Assembly (NCBI GenBank): GCA_016200485.1
Contig: JACQEP010000007.1
Location: forward strand, 48,653-112,652
Direction of reading: 5' to 3'
Source of the DNA: Gammaproteobacteria bacterium
Lineage (GTDB): Bacteria; Pseudomonadota; Gammaproteobacteria; Tenderiales; Tenderiaceae
DNA length: 64,000 nt
The position numbers and the translations under genes are program-made. Each line of letters starts with the position of its first letter. The first letter of the stretch is position 1. Below are positions 26,146 through 35,902 of this stretch, piece by piece. A model generated the notes under the pieces. That model was given only the letters and a program-made list of their open reading frames with translations. It was not told where the DNA came from and made no database searches.

Positions 26146-26757
26146 CTACTTGGCCGGCACTGTGCCGAAATCAACCTTGGGCGCAGTTGAGATCGCTTTT
26201 TCATTTTCCACCGTGAAATTAGGTTTCACCTTAAAGCTGAACAACATGGCCGTGAGATTGCTGGGAAATGATCGTACGGTAACGTTGTACTCTTCTACCG
26301 CCTTGATATAACGATTACGGGCAACGGTGATACGGTTTTCCGTGCCCTCCAATTGCGCCTGCAAATCGCGGAACAAACCATCCGCCTTCAATTGCGGATA
26401 GTTCTCCGCCACCACTAGCAGCCGCGAAAGTGCGGAAGAGAGTTCACCCTGTGCTGCCTGGAATTGGGCAAAGGCCTGCTGATTGTTGATCAGCTCCGGC
26501 GTCACTTGCATCGATCCCACTTTGGCGCGAGCTTCCGTTACTTTGGTCAGCACTTCTTCTTCATGTGCCGCATATCCCTTCACCACATTGACCAGATTCG
26601 GCACCAGATCGGCACGGCGTTGATATTGATTGATGACCTCCGACCATGAAGCTTTAATTTGTTCATCCGTGGCTTGCAAGGTGTTATAGCCACAGCCGCT
26701 CAGGAACAGGCTGATGATCAGGGTCAAGCTAGCTGCCAGATAGCGCATGATGTTCAT
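26146..26757 (-). CDS. LemA-family protein.
   Basis: YNTLQATDEQIKASWSEVINQYQRRADLVPNLVN...NRYIKAVEEYNVTVRSFPSNL is the LemA signature. Confidence 0.8.
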   Translation of the reverse strand: MNIMRYLAASLTLIISLFLSGCGYNTLQATDEQIKASWSEVINQYQRRADLVPNLVNVVKGYAAHEEEVLTKVTEARAKVGSMQVTPELINNQQAFAQFQAAQGELSSALSRLLVVAENYPQLKADGLFRDLQAQLEGTENRITVARNRYIKAVEEYNVTVRSFPSNLTAMLFSFKVKPNFTVENEKAISTAPKVDFGTVPAK

Positions 26758-27048
26758 CTCCTTAGGGGTGCTATGGATAAAGTATAGGACTCTCTGAGGC
26801 GCCTGGATAGCGCGTCGTCAACTGACGACATATTACACAAAGGCCCCTGCGATGGCTTGTAGTCATTGCCAGCATCGGCTAATTTCTAACACAAATACAG
26901 GGAAGAAGTTAATAAGCCCTGGTAAAGTGCAGGAAGAGAGACGAAAGCAGCAAAATAGGGTTTAAGCCCAAACTTCGCCTCACAGGGCCCGCCTCGAGCG
27001 GGCCTTGTTTTTGGTATGTGCCGGCATTGACTGGTAAACTCCCGCCCC

Positions 27049-28929
27049 ATGCTGGTTTTCAATGATGTCACCCTGCGCCGTGGCGGCCGCGTGCTGTTTG
27101 CGGGCGCAACTTTTAAAATCCATCCCGGTCAGCGTGTCGGTCTGACGGGCGCCAATGGTACCGGTAAATCCAGTCTCTTTGCCTTGCTGCGTGGGCAGCT
27201 GCATCACGACCAGGGGGATGTTGCGATTCCTAAGCAGTGGGTGATCGCGCATGTGGCGCAAGAGACGCCGGCGGTTGAGCACAGTGCCATTGACTATGTG
27301 ATGGATGGCGATAGCGAGTTGCGACAGATCGCGCTAGCGCTGGAACAGGCAGAGGCTGCGCATGATGGCAACGCAATCGCGCATCTCCACACCCGGCTCG
27401 AAAACATCGATGGCTACAATGCTCGCGTCCGCGCTGCGAAACTGATGAGCGGTTTGGGCTTCATGCCGGACCAGGAACAGACGCCGGTGTGCGCTTTTTC
27501 CGGCGGCTGGCGGATGCGGCTGAATCTGGCACAAGCCTTGATGTGCCGTTCCGATTTATTGTTGCTCGATGAGCCGACCAATCATCTCGATCTGGATGCG
27601 GTGCTGTGGCTGGAAGACTGGCTGCGCAATTATCCCGGCACTTTGATCCTGATTTCGCACGATCGCGAATTTCTCGATCAGGTGGTGAATCATATTGCGC
27701 ATCTCGAACATGAACAAATAACGCTCTATAGCGGTAATTACACCGCCTTTGAGGTGCGGCGTGCGGAGCGGTTGGCGCAACAGCAGTCGGCCTATGAGCA
27801 GCAGCAGCGCAAAATCGCGCATATGCACAGTTTTGTCGAACGCTTCCGGGCCAAGGCAAGCAAGGCGCGGCAGGCGCAGAGTCGCTTAAAGGCGCTGCAA
27901 CGCATGGAGTTGATCACGGCGGCGCATGTCGATTCCCCCTTTCATTTCAGCTTTCGCCCGCCGCTGAAAATACCACATCCGTTGTTGAGCCTGGAAAAGA
28001 TTGCGCTGGGTTATGGCGGCAATGTCATTCTGGACAATATCGGCCTGAGTCTGGTACCCGGCGATCGGATTGGCTTGCTGGGACCGAACGGTGCGGGCAA
28101 GTCCACATTCATCAAAATGCTCGCGGGTGAGCTGGCGCCGTTGCAAGGCAAGCAAACGCTCGCGCCAGAGTTACGGATTGGTTATTTTGCGCAGCATCAA
28201 CTTGAGCAATTGCACGCACAAGAGAGTGCGCTGTTGCATTTGCAGCGACTTGATTCCAAGGCGATGGAACAATCGTTACGCGATTTTCTCGGTGGTTTTG
28301 GGTTTCAGGGGGATCGCGTAACCGATGCGATCGCCCCCTTCTCTGGCGGTGAAAAGGCGCGGCTGGTGCTGGCGATGCTGGTGTATCAGCGACCGAATTT
28401 ATTGTTGCTCGATGAGCCGACCAATCATCTCGACCTCGATATGCGCGATGCGCTGAGTGTGGCATTGCAGGGATTTGAAGGCGCGATGGTGATCGTGTCG
28501 CATGATCGCAGTCTGCTCAGCAGTGTGACCGATAAATGGTTGCTGGTGGCCGATGGCCGTGTCAGCGAATTCGATGGCGACATGGATGATTATGCGCGCT
28601 GGTTATCGCAACGCCGGAATGCGATAGGTAATACCAATGCAGAGCGTGCGCCCAGCCGCAAGGATCAGCGCCGCAACGAGGCCGAACAGCGGCAGAAACT
28701 TCAGCCGCTGAAAAAAGAGCTGCAAAAAATCGAGGTGCGAATGGAAAAGCTTGGCCAGGAAAAGGCCGGTTTACAGCAGCAACTTGCCGATTCTGGGATC
28801 TATGAGGCTACCAAAAAGGATCAACTCAAAACCCTGCTCCAGCGTCAGGCCGAGGTGGAGAAAATGCTGGCAGAGACAGAAGCCGTCTGGTTGGAAATTA
28901 GCGAGCAATTAGAGCGCGTCCAAGGCTGA
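27049..28929 (+). CDS. ABC-F family ATPase (two ABC cassettes plus a C-terminal coiled-coil; Uup/YheS-like).
   Basis: Two Walker A motifs (GANGTGKSS, GPNGAGKST). Two signature motifs (FSGGWRMRL, FSGGEKARL). No TM domain. Confidence 0.85.
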   Translation: MLVFNDVTLRRGGRVLFAGATFKIHPGQRVGLTGANGTGKSSLFALLRGQLHHDQGDVAIPKQWVIAHVAQETPAVEHSAIDYVMDGDSELRQIALALEQAEAAHDGNAIAHLHTRLENIDGYNARVRAAKLMSGLGFMPDQEQTPVCAFSGGWRMRLNLAQALMCRSDLLLLDEPTNHLDLDAVLWLEDWLRNYPGTLILISHDREFLDQVVNHIAHLEHEQITLYSGNYTAFEVRRAERLAQQQSAYEQQQRKIAHMHSFVERFRAKASKARQAQSRLKALQRMELITAAHVDSPFHFSFRPPLKIPHPLLSLEKIALGYGGNVILDNIGLSLVPGDRIGLLGPNGAGKSTFIKMLAGELAPLQGKQTLAPELRIGYFAQHQLEQLHAQESALLHLQRLDSKAMEQSLRDFLGGFGFQGDRVTDAIAPFSGGEKARLVLAMLVYQRPNLLLLDEPTNHLDLDMRDALSVALQGFEGAMVIVSHDRSLLSSVTDKWLLVADGRVSEFDGDMDDYARWLSQRRNAIGNTNAERAPSRKDQRRNEAEQRQKLQPLKKELQKIEVRMEKLGQEKAGLQQQLADSGIYEATKKDQLKTLLQRQAEVEKMLAETEAVWLEISEQLERVQG

Positions 28930-29112
28930 ATGTATCTACCGTATTATCTGGCCACGCGTTTATCAACAGCGGGTGAAAAATGAGTCCAGAGGAAAGATAC
29001 ATCCTTAGATGCAGGCGGAGAAGATGTAACAAAATTTTACAATTTAAAGTTATTTTGGGGCTGTTATCACGCTACTTGTGTTCCCTTTTGCGGGTATGTC
29101 GCTATATTTGAG

Positions 29113-30402
29113 GTGCTTAGTTCACAAAGGGTTGGCGGTATGAAATGCATTCCCTATTTCAACGTTGTTACGGAGCTTCGCCGATATCATTTTTATTCAG
29201 GTGCGCGGTTTGGCTCAATTCTGGGTTTTGTGTTCAGTTTCTGTATCCTGCCCCAAGCGTATGCAAGCATGGAAAAGCTCGTCTTGACTGAGCAACAGAT
29301 TGATGTTGCAGGCGAGCATCTGAAAGTAAATGTGCCCAAAGGTTATCGCCTCGAGCTGCTCACGGCTGCGCTGGATGGGCCGCGCTTGATGACTTTTGCC
29401 GCCAACGGCGATCTTTTGATTGGTTCTAAATCCGGTAAGGTCTATCGGTTGCCGCCACCCTATGTTCGTCCTGAAGTGTTGTTAACCGTCGGCGGTTATC
29501 CGCACAGTGTTGCGTTGCGCAACGACGAGATCTTGATTGCGAAGACAAGTGGCTTGTACCGCGCGTCGTATCGACCCGGTCAGGCACGCATTGTGCCGGA
29601 TTCAGTTTCTCTGCTCGCAGCGTTGCCGGGCGGTGGCGGGCACAATAGTCGCACAGTTGCCATCGGTCCCGATGGACGCATTTATCTGAGTCTAGGTATC
29701 AGTAGTAATTGCAGCGATCAATATCTGGGTGCAGGGTATCCATTCGACGATCAACGCGGCGGCGTGATGGTATTGCGCGAAGACGGTGACAAACCAAGGT
29801 GGAAACCCTTCGCTTCCGGTCTGCGTAACCCAGTCGGTTTTGCCTGGCATCCAAAAACGGGGGATATGTATGCCAGCAACAATGGCCCCGATCATCATGG
29901 CTACGAGCAGCCGCCGGAATACTTCAGTCGCCTGACTGCGGGATCATTTCACGGCATGCCATGGTTTCAATACGATGGTGCGCACATTCGGCGTGACGAC
30001 TGTATCAAGCGCCCACCGCCCCACCCAATCGCTGAAGTTCAACCACCGGCCGTGACCTTCCCTGCCCGCAGCGCGCCAATGGGCGTGGCATTTGTACCGC
30101 AAGGGGCGATGGACCCAAATCTGGAGTTTAATGCCATTGTCGCGTTGCGAGGTTCTTGGGGGACCAAGCCGAGCGGCGGCTTTTTTGGTGATGAGGCATC
30201 GCGCCGGCCGCCGATGCTGGTGGCGGTACGCTTTGATCAGGGCACGGCGAAGCGGGTCGATGAGCTGGTCACCGGTTTTCAACTGTCCAATGGGGATCGC
30301 TGGGCGCGGCCGGTCGGGGTCGCCGTCGGCCCGGATGGCGCGCTCTATTTTACCAGCGACAGCGGAACCGAAGGCTTGTTTCGCCTGCGGCGTGAGGAGT
30401 AG
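29113..30402 (+). CDS. PQQ-dependent sugar (glucose/sorbosone) dehydrogenase-like beta-propeller protein. Start uncertain (29113 or 29140).
   Basis: LRNPVGFAWHPKTGDMYASNNGPDHHG and GDLLIG motifs typical of the soluble GDH/SGDH family. N-terminal hydrophobic signal-like region. Confidence 0.65.
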   Translation: MLSSQRVGGMKCIPYFNVVTELRRYHFYSGARFGSILGFVFSFCILPQAYASMEKLVLTEQQIDVAGEHLKVNVPKGYRLELLTAALDGPRLMTFAANGDLLIGSKSGKVYRLPPPYVRPEVLLTVGGYPHSVALRNDEILIAKTSGLYRASYRPGQARIVPDSVSLLAALPGGGGHNSRTVAIGPDGRIYLSLGISSNCSDQYLGAGYPFDDQRGGVMVLREDGDKPRWKPFASGLRNPVGFAWHPKTGDMYASNNGPDHHGYEQPPEYFSRLTAGSFHGMPWFQYDGAHIRRDDCIKRPPPHPIAEVQPPAVTFPARSAPMGVAFVPQGAMDPNLEFNAIVALRGSWGTKPSGGFFGDEASRRPPMLVAVRFDQGTAKRVDELVTGFQLSNGDRWARPVGVAVGPDGALYFTSDSGTEGLFRLRREE

Positions 30403-30470
30403 AACGCCAGTTTCGAGTACAATCACCCGTTAAGTGTGACCGGTTTTCTCTTTCATGATGAGGCGGCGAT

Positions 30471-30965
30471 ATGGTGATTGGTAAAGACAAGGTGGTGGCC
30501 ATCCATTACAAGCTCAGTGAGCAAGGACATGAAGTGCTGGAGGATTCACATGAAGATGGCCCCATGGTCTATCTGCATGGTCATGGCCAGTTGATCAAGG
30601 GCCTGGAACAGGCGCTGGAAGGCAAGCAGGCCGGTGAACGGCTGTCAGTTACATTCTCCCCCGACGATGCCTTTGGTCAGCGTACGGAAAATGCACTGCA
30701 ACGGGTGTCGATCAATCATGTCATCAATCCTTCCAAAGCAAAAATCAAATTTAAACCGGGAATGATCGTGCAGCTGAATACCAAGGCGGGCGCAGTTCCG
30801 GCGACCATCATCAAAGTGGGATTAAAGACGTTGGATGTGGATGCCAATCACCCTTATGCGGGCAAAACTGTGACCTTCGATGTGGAAGTAATCAATGTGC
30901 GTGAGGCTGAGGAAGAAGAGCTTGCGCATGGCCATGTGCATGGTGATGGTGGCGTTCACCACTGA
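30471..30965 (+). CDS. slyD: FKBP-type peptidyl-prolyl isomerase SlyD with a His-rich metal-binding tail.
   Basis: VVAIHYKLSEQGHEVLEDS...MVYLHGHGQLIKGLEQALEGK and REAEEEELAHGHVHGDGGVHH align closely with E. coli SlyD. Confidence 0.88.
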   Translation: MVIGKDKVVAIHYKLSEQGHEVLEDSHEDGPMVYLHGHGQLIKGLEQALEGKQAGERLSVTFSPDDAFGQRTENALQRVSINHVINPSKAKIKFKPGMIVQLNTKAGAVPATIIKVGLKTLDVDANHPYAGKTVTFDVEVINVREAEEEELAHGHVHGDGGVHH

Positions 30966-31015
30966 TTACAGAGGCTCCGTCGGCACGCCCGCACAAGGAA
31001 TGTGATGACGCGCGA

Positions 31016-31894
31016 CTACTCCGTTGCACAGCGACCCTCACCGCTGTCCTGGTAGTTACCGCCTTCTATGGGGACAAACTCCCAGCGGTAACGGCCGGGG
31101 AAGAGTGTCAGTTTCAGCGCGCCCCAGGTGTTGCCATTCCAGGCTTCACTAATCGACGAACGCATGCTGAAATTGTAGAGCCTGGCACCGCCAGTGCCGA
31201 CAACAAACGACCGTATGCCGTGCGGCACATCAATCTGGCCGGCACCATCCATCGGCGCCAAGCGTTCATAGTCGTGGTCGTGGCCGGAAATGACGATACT
31301 GGCGTGATGTTGTGCCAGTATTTCCCAAATCGCCGCCATATGGTTGTTGTTGCCATGGGGTCCGGAGCTATAACGGGGATGGTGCCAAAAGGCGAGAATG
31401 CACGATGCCTGGGTAGTGGCAAGATCGTGTTGTAACCATGCCACCTGCTCGGAGTCGGCGCGCGCGTCTATGTTGCTGTTGAGCGCAACGATGTGCCAGC
31501 CCGGACGATCAACGCTGTAATAGCCCTTGCCAATTTCACCGGCTTGAGTGCCAAAATAGCCAAAATATCCCGCTGCGTCTCGAGTTCCATAGTCATGATT
31601 ACCAGGGGTAGGTAAGGTGCGTGCCTTGAATCGGCCCCAGGTCGGTTCATAGCATTTAATGTAGTCCTTGGGCGCGCCTTCGGGGTAAACCAAATCGCCG
31701 ACCGCCAGGATATCACCTTCCATTTTCTCAATCAGATTCGCGGTAAGACTCGCGCCTGGAAGTCTGCACTCGCCGATGTCGCCGGCGGCGATGACCGTGA
31801 CCGGAGAGTCATCGCCGTAGACGGATAAGCAATGCAACCCTAGTACCGCAAAACCGAAATGGAACAATAATCTAACAAGTGCAGATTTTCGCAT
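31016..31894 (-). CDS. Secreted metallophosphoesterase (calcineurin-like).
   Basis: Signal peptide. GD..Y (AVGDLVYPEG), GNHD (TPGNHDYG) and GH (ISGHDHDYE) phosphoesterase motifs. Confidence 0.8.
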   Translation of the reverse strand: MRKSALVRLLFHFGFAVLGLHCLSVYGDDSPVTVIAAGDIGECRLPGASLTANLIEKMEGDILAVGDLVYPEGAPKDYIKCYEPTWGRFKARTLPTPGNHDYGTRDAAGYFGYFGTQAGEIGKGYYSVDRPGWHIVALNSNIDARADSEQVAWLQHDLATTQASCILAFWHHPRYSSGPHGNNNHMAAIWEILAQHHASIVISGHDHDYERLAPMDGAGQIDVPHGIRSFVVGTGGARLYNFSMRSSISEAWNGNTWGALKLTLFPGRYRWEFVPIEGGNYQDSGEGRCATE

Positions 31895-32042
31895 TGGATA
31901 TCCAGGTTCAGTCTGTGTGCCCAGGTTTATTAGACCTTAGAATAGGAGGTGCCTACGGATGCAGTAATCTCTATAATATAATTAAAATGTGTATGTCATG
32001 TAATATAGGGTAATCGCTGTTGATTAACTGAGGAGACTTGTT

Positions 32043-33119
32043 ATGTCACGGGTGTTTTCTGAATATCGTCTTGGAGCTATTACATTAAAAAATCGCCTGG
32101 TAATGTCCCCAATGACGCGCAACCGGGCCATCAACAATATTCCCAATGAATTGATGGTGCGTTATTACCAACAACGTGCCAGCGCAGGATTGATTATTAC
32201 AGAGGGCGTGTCACCCTCCCCTAACGGTTTGGGTTATGCGCGGATTCCGGGGATTTTTTCTGACGCTCAAATAGAAGGCTGGAAAAAAATTACCGACGCT
32301 GTTCATAAGCAGGGTGGCCATATGTTTATGCAATTGATGCATACCGGCAGGATCTCGCACCCATTAAATATGCCTGCGGGTGCCCGAGTGCTGGCGCCGT
32401 CAGCGGTCCCCGCCGCCGGTGAGATGTATACCGATGCCGAGGGCATGAAGCCGTTACCGATCCCGGAGGCCATGACCGAGGCAGATATTCGCAACGCCAT
32501 AAATGAATACGCGCGGGCGGCGCGGAATGCAGTCGCAGCTGGATTTGATGGCGTGGAGCTCCATGCTGCCAATGGTTATTTGTTGGAGCAGTTCATTCGT
32601 CCCAATTCGAATCAACGACAAGACAAGTATGGCGGCACGATAGAAAATCGTGCGCGGTTTCTGCGGGAGGTGGTTGAGGCAACCACTGATGCGATAGGGC
32701 ATCAGCGAGTGGGGGTCCGTTTATCACCCTATGGTGTGTTCAACGATATGCCGCTCTATGATGCGATGGAGAAAGATTATTCATATCTCGCAGACCTGCT
32801 GGATGTTTTGAATGTAATGTATGTGCACTTGGTGGATCATTCTCCCATGGGTGCACCAGCTGTGCCTGTCTCGATCAAAGAAGTTTTTCGTGATCAATTC
32901 TGCGATACGTTGATACTGTCAGGCGGCTACGATGCAGAGCGGGCAGAAAAAGACCTGGCCGCAGGCCGGGCTGATTTGATTGCAGTGGGCCGACTGTTTC
33001 TCGCCAATCCGGATTTGCCAGAGCGCTGGAAGAAAAATGCACCGCTGAATACGCCGGACCCGAATACTTTTTATAGCACCGGTGAGAAGGGCTATACCGA
33101 TTATCCGGCGCTCACGTAA
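32043..33119 (+). CDS. Old Yellow Enzyme-family NADH:flavin oxidoreductase / alkene reductase.
   Basis: LKNRLVMSPMTRNRA, HAANGYLLEQF and TIENRARF motifs. Confidence 0.85.
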   Translation: MSRVFSEYRLGAITLKNRLVMSPMTRNRAINNIPNELMVRYYQQRASAGLIITEGVSPSPNGLGYARIPGIFSDAQIEGWKKITDAVHKQGGHMFMQLMHTGRISHPLNMPAGARVLAPSAVPAAGEMYTDAEGMKPLPIPEAMTEADIRNAINEYARAARNAVAAGFDGVELHAANGYLLEQFIRPNSNQRQDKYGGTIENRARFLREVVEATTDAIGHQRVGVRLSPYGVFNDMPLYDAMEKDYSYLADLLDVLNVMYVHLVDHSPMGAPAVPVSIKEVFRDQFCDTLILSGGYDAERAEKDLAAGRADLIAVGRLFLANPDLPERWKKNAPLNTPDPNTFYSTGEKGYTDYPALT

Positions 33120-33537
33120 ATAACATGACGATACCCACGAGCGCGGCTAGCAGCCCCAATGCCAAAATCAACCAGTCACCCGCCACGCTCGGTTCGAGCG
33201 TGGCGATCTGTGGCGTAGTTGGGTTATAAAAGACGTGTACCTTGCTGCCGGAGCGATATTTATTTAAATAACTCGTACTTAGTTCAGGTGTCGGTGTGGT
33301 GCCGCCGGGAAATTCATAATGACACCGATAGGAATTATTGCCGACTTGGTAACTAAACACGATCTCCGGCAATAAATCATCACTGTCCGAGGCGCGCTTT
33401 GCGCTTTCAATAATCCCTTCCGTCTGCGGCCAGCGACGTCGTTGCCGGGCCTTGGCGAGAATCGTCCAGCCCCAAATTGTGGTGGCGGCTCCTCCAAGGA
33501 TAAATAGTACGATGATGATGGCGTAGGCATTGGGCAT
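33112..33537 (-). CDS. DUF3592-like membrane protein.
   Basis: TM, a central beta-rich region (GIIESAKRASDSDDLLPEIVFSYQVGNNSYRC), then a TM. Start chosen at MPNAY. Confidence 0.55.
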   Translation of the reverse strand: MPNAYAIIIVLFILGGAATTIWGWTILAKARQRRRWPQTEGIIESAKRASDSDDLLPEIVFSYQVGNNSYRCHYEFPGGTTPTPELSTSYLNKYRSGSKVHVFYNPTTPQIATLEPSVAGDWLILALGLLAALVGIVMLFT

Positions 33538-33670
33538 AAAGCCATTTTCGAAGATTCTGCGCGTGCATGCTAGTGCCGAGACAGAAAAGTTAACAATTGG
33601 CTTGGGATGGTTGGGATGGGGTGCTGATAACCTGCTACCATCGGTCTCGACCAAATTCCAGGGAATCTAA

Positions 33671-34132
33671 ATGGCCATGGGAGGTGCTATGGCGGAGCTG
33701 GGGCATGTGGTGCTGTATGTGCGCAATCTCGAGAAGTCGGTGAGTTTTTATCACCGGGTGGTCGGCTTGCAGGTCACCGGCAAGATCTTTGGTGGCCGAG
33801 CAGCGATTTTGACTGGCGGCCGCACCCACCATGAGTTGTTGCTGATCGAGGTCGGCGAGGCGCCTGGCCCACTGACCGGGCGGCGACTAGGTTTGTACCA
33901 CATCGGCTGGAAAGTGGGTGATTCCATTGAAGCGCTCAAGGCAGCACGGCAGCGCGCGCAGGAGGCTGGTTATCAGATCGATGGCGCGGCTGATCATACG
34001 ATTAGCAAAAGTCTGTACTTGCGCGATCCCGATGGCAACGAAGCAGAACTCTACATCGATAACCCGGAGATTGACTGGCGGCAGGATGATCGCTGGATGG
34101 AAGCCCCGGTAAAGCCGTTGCCGGAACTGTAA
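33671..34132 (+). CDS. VOC-family (glyoxalase/dioxygenase fold) protein.
   Basis: LGHVVLYVRNLEKSVSFYHRVVGLQV...HIGWKV. Confidence 0.7.
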   Translation: MAMGGAMAELGHVVLYVRNLEKSVSFYHRVVGLQVTGKIFGGRAAILTGGRTHHELLLIEVGEAPGPLTGRRLGLYHIGWKVGDSIEALKAARQRAQEAGYQIDGAADHTISKSLYLRDPDGNEAELYIDNPEIDWRQDDRWMEAPVKPLPEL

Positions 34133-34147
34133 TGTTAAAATGGAGCA

Positions 34148-35053
34148 ATGATATATAACCCCCCTCGCCCCTGGGTTGCTGATCTTGCGCGTCGCTCCCC
34201 GCTGTATGCTCCGGTGTCACCTTTGCTGGCGCGATTCGAACATTTCACTGCCTGGCCGACGTTGGCCGATTATCAACGGCTGCTGGACGAATGGCCGCAA
34301 GCGGTGCGCACGCTGGCCGGCAAGCAATTAAAGATCGTCGCTCAGAATGGCAAGCCCGATTGTTTTGAAGCTCACTATGCACCGCGCATTTATCAAACCG
34401 GAGAGATACAGACCCGCGCCGAAAACTGGCACGACTTCTTTCAATTTCTGACTTGGCTTGTCTTCCCCAAGACCAAGGCTCTGATCAATTCATTGCACTT
34501 GCCTTCCGCCAAAATGCGATTTGAGTACGGCGAGCATGGCCGCCGCTCGCCGCTGGAGAATATGCTGTCTTTATTCGATGAGGGTGGCGTGGTGATTATT
34601 TCCTGTGATGAATCACTGCTGCAATTGATTCGCGATTTTCAGTGGCAGGAATTATTCTGGCAGCGACGCGTAGAGCTGGAAACCAAATTGCGCTGCGTAG
34701 TGTTTGGCCACGCCTTGTATGAGAAGGGATTGGCGCCTTATATCGGAATGACAGCTAACTGCATTTTACTGCCAGTGGTGAAAGATTTTTTTGTCTTGTC
34801 TCAGGACGCGCAACGGCAATGGTTGGACGAACAGTTGATGCAAACGCTTGCTTGCGGTGAGTTATTGCAGCCGCGAGATTTGGCGCCCTTCCCTATTCTG
34901 GGCTTGCCTGGGTACGATGTGGCCAATGAATGCGCCGAATACTACGCCAATACCCGCTATTTTCGGCCAGGACGTAGCCGTAACGAGGTTCAGGATCGCG
35001 GCAATTCGTGCGGCCTCAGATCAAACACCAGTACCTCGGCATTTTCACCTTGA
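34148..35053 (+). CDS. DUF3025 domain-containing protein. 3' end overlaps the convergent pirin gene by 64 nt.
   Basis: Sequence pattern recognised as DUF3025 from memory. No earlier in-frame stop. Confidence 0.55.
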   Translation: MIYNPPRPWVADLARRSPLYAPVSPLLARFEHFTAWPTLADYQRLLDEWPQAVRTLAGKQLKIVAQNGKPDCFEAHYAPRIYQTGEIQTRAENWHDFFQFLTWLVFPKTKALINSLHLPSAKMRFEYGEHGRRSPLENMLSLFDEGGVVIISCDESLLQLIRDFQWQELFWQRRVELETKLRCVVFGHALYEKGLAPYIGMTANCILLPVVKDFFVLSQDAQRQWLDEQLMQTLACGELLQPRDLAPFPILGLPGYDVANECAEYYANTRYFRPGRSRNEVQDRGNSCGLRSNTSTSAFSP

Positions 35054-35760
35054 GCCAGACTCAAGCGTCGTGCATGACGTGCCCGCGCGCCATCACCTGC
35101 ATGCAGCTTGACGCCATTGAGTGAGATGCTGCCGCGCGCCACATGTACATAGGCATTGCGACCTGAACCGAGCAACAAATCGGCCGATTCATCGCCATCA
35201 AAACAACCGGCATAAACTCTTACGTCCTGATAGACGCTAAGAGAGCCATGTTCGCCATTCGGCGAAATGATTAATTTTAATCGCCCGCGTTTATCGGGTA
35301 CGGAAAAATACCGTTGCTGATAACGTGGCTCGACATTCTTGCGATCAGGGACGACCCAGATTTGCAGGAAATGGACTTCCTCATCGACAGAGTGATTAAA
35401 CTCGCTGTGAGTAATGCCCGTCCCGGCGCTCATTATTTGCACATCACCGGGGCGAATGACAGAACCATTGCCCATGGAATCTTTATGTTCCAGCGCCCCT
35501 TCCAGCACATAGGAAAAAATTTCCATGTCACGGTGCGGGTGTGGGCTGAAACCACGGCCGGGTTTTACACGGTCATCGTTGATCACTAACAGATCAGAAA
35601 ATCCAATTTGTAATGGATCGTGATAATGGCCAAAGGAAAACGTGTGGCGCGAATCAAGCCAGTCAAAATTGGCGATACCGCGTTCGGTCGCAGGGCGAAG
35701 CTCTAGTGTGTCGTTGCTCATGGCATGATCCTGGGTGGAATATGTATTATCGGTAGCCAA
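34990..35760 (-). CDS. Pirin-family (cupin) protein.
   Basis: FDWLDSRHTFSFGHYHDP, GFSPHPHRDMEIFSYVLEG and GTGITHSEFN are pirin hallmarks. Confidence 0.85.
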   Translation of the reverse strand: MATDNTYSTQDHAMSNDTLELRPATERGIANFDWLDSRHTFSFGHYHDPLQIGFSDLLVINDDRVKPGRGFSPHPHRDMEIFSYVLEGALEHKDSMGNGSVIRPGDVQIMSAGTGITHSEFNHSVDEEVHFLQIWVVPDRKNVEPRYQQRYFSVPDKRGRLKLIISPNGEHGSLSVYQDVRVYAGCFDGDESADLLLGSGRNAYVHVARGSISLNGVKLHAGDGARARHARRLSLAQGENAEVLVFDLRPHELPRS

Positions 35761-35902
35761 CGCTAAAAAACGTGTTCACGTAATATAAGCTAAACGATCA
35801 AGCTTTTGGTCGGCCTGGAAGCATCGTCAGCAAGGTGAGGCGCTGAAGTAGTGGTGCAAGCGGCTGGATAGGTAATTATTGCCAGCATTGTTGGGGCAAT
35901 GA

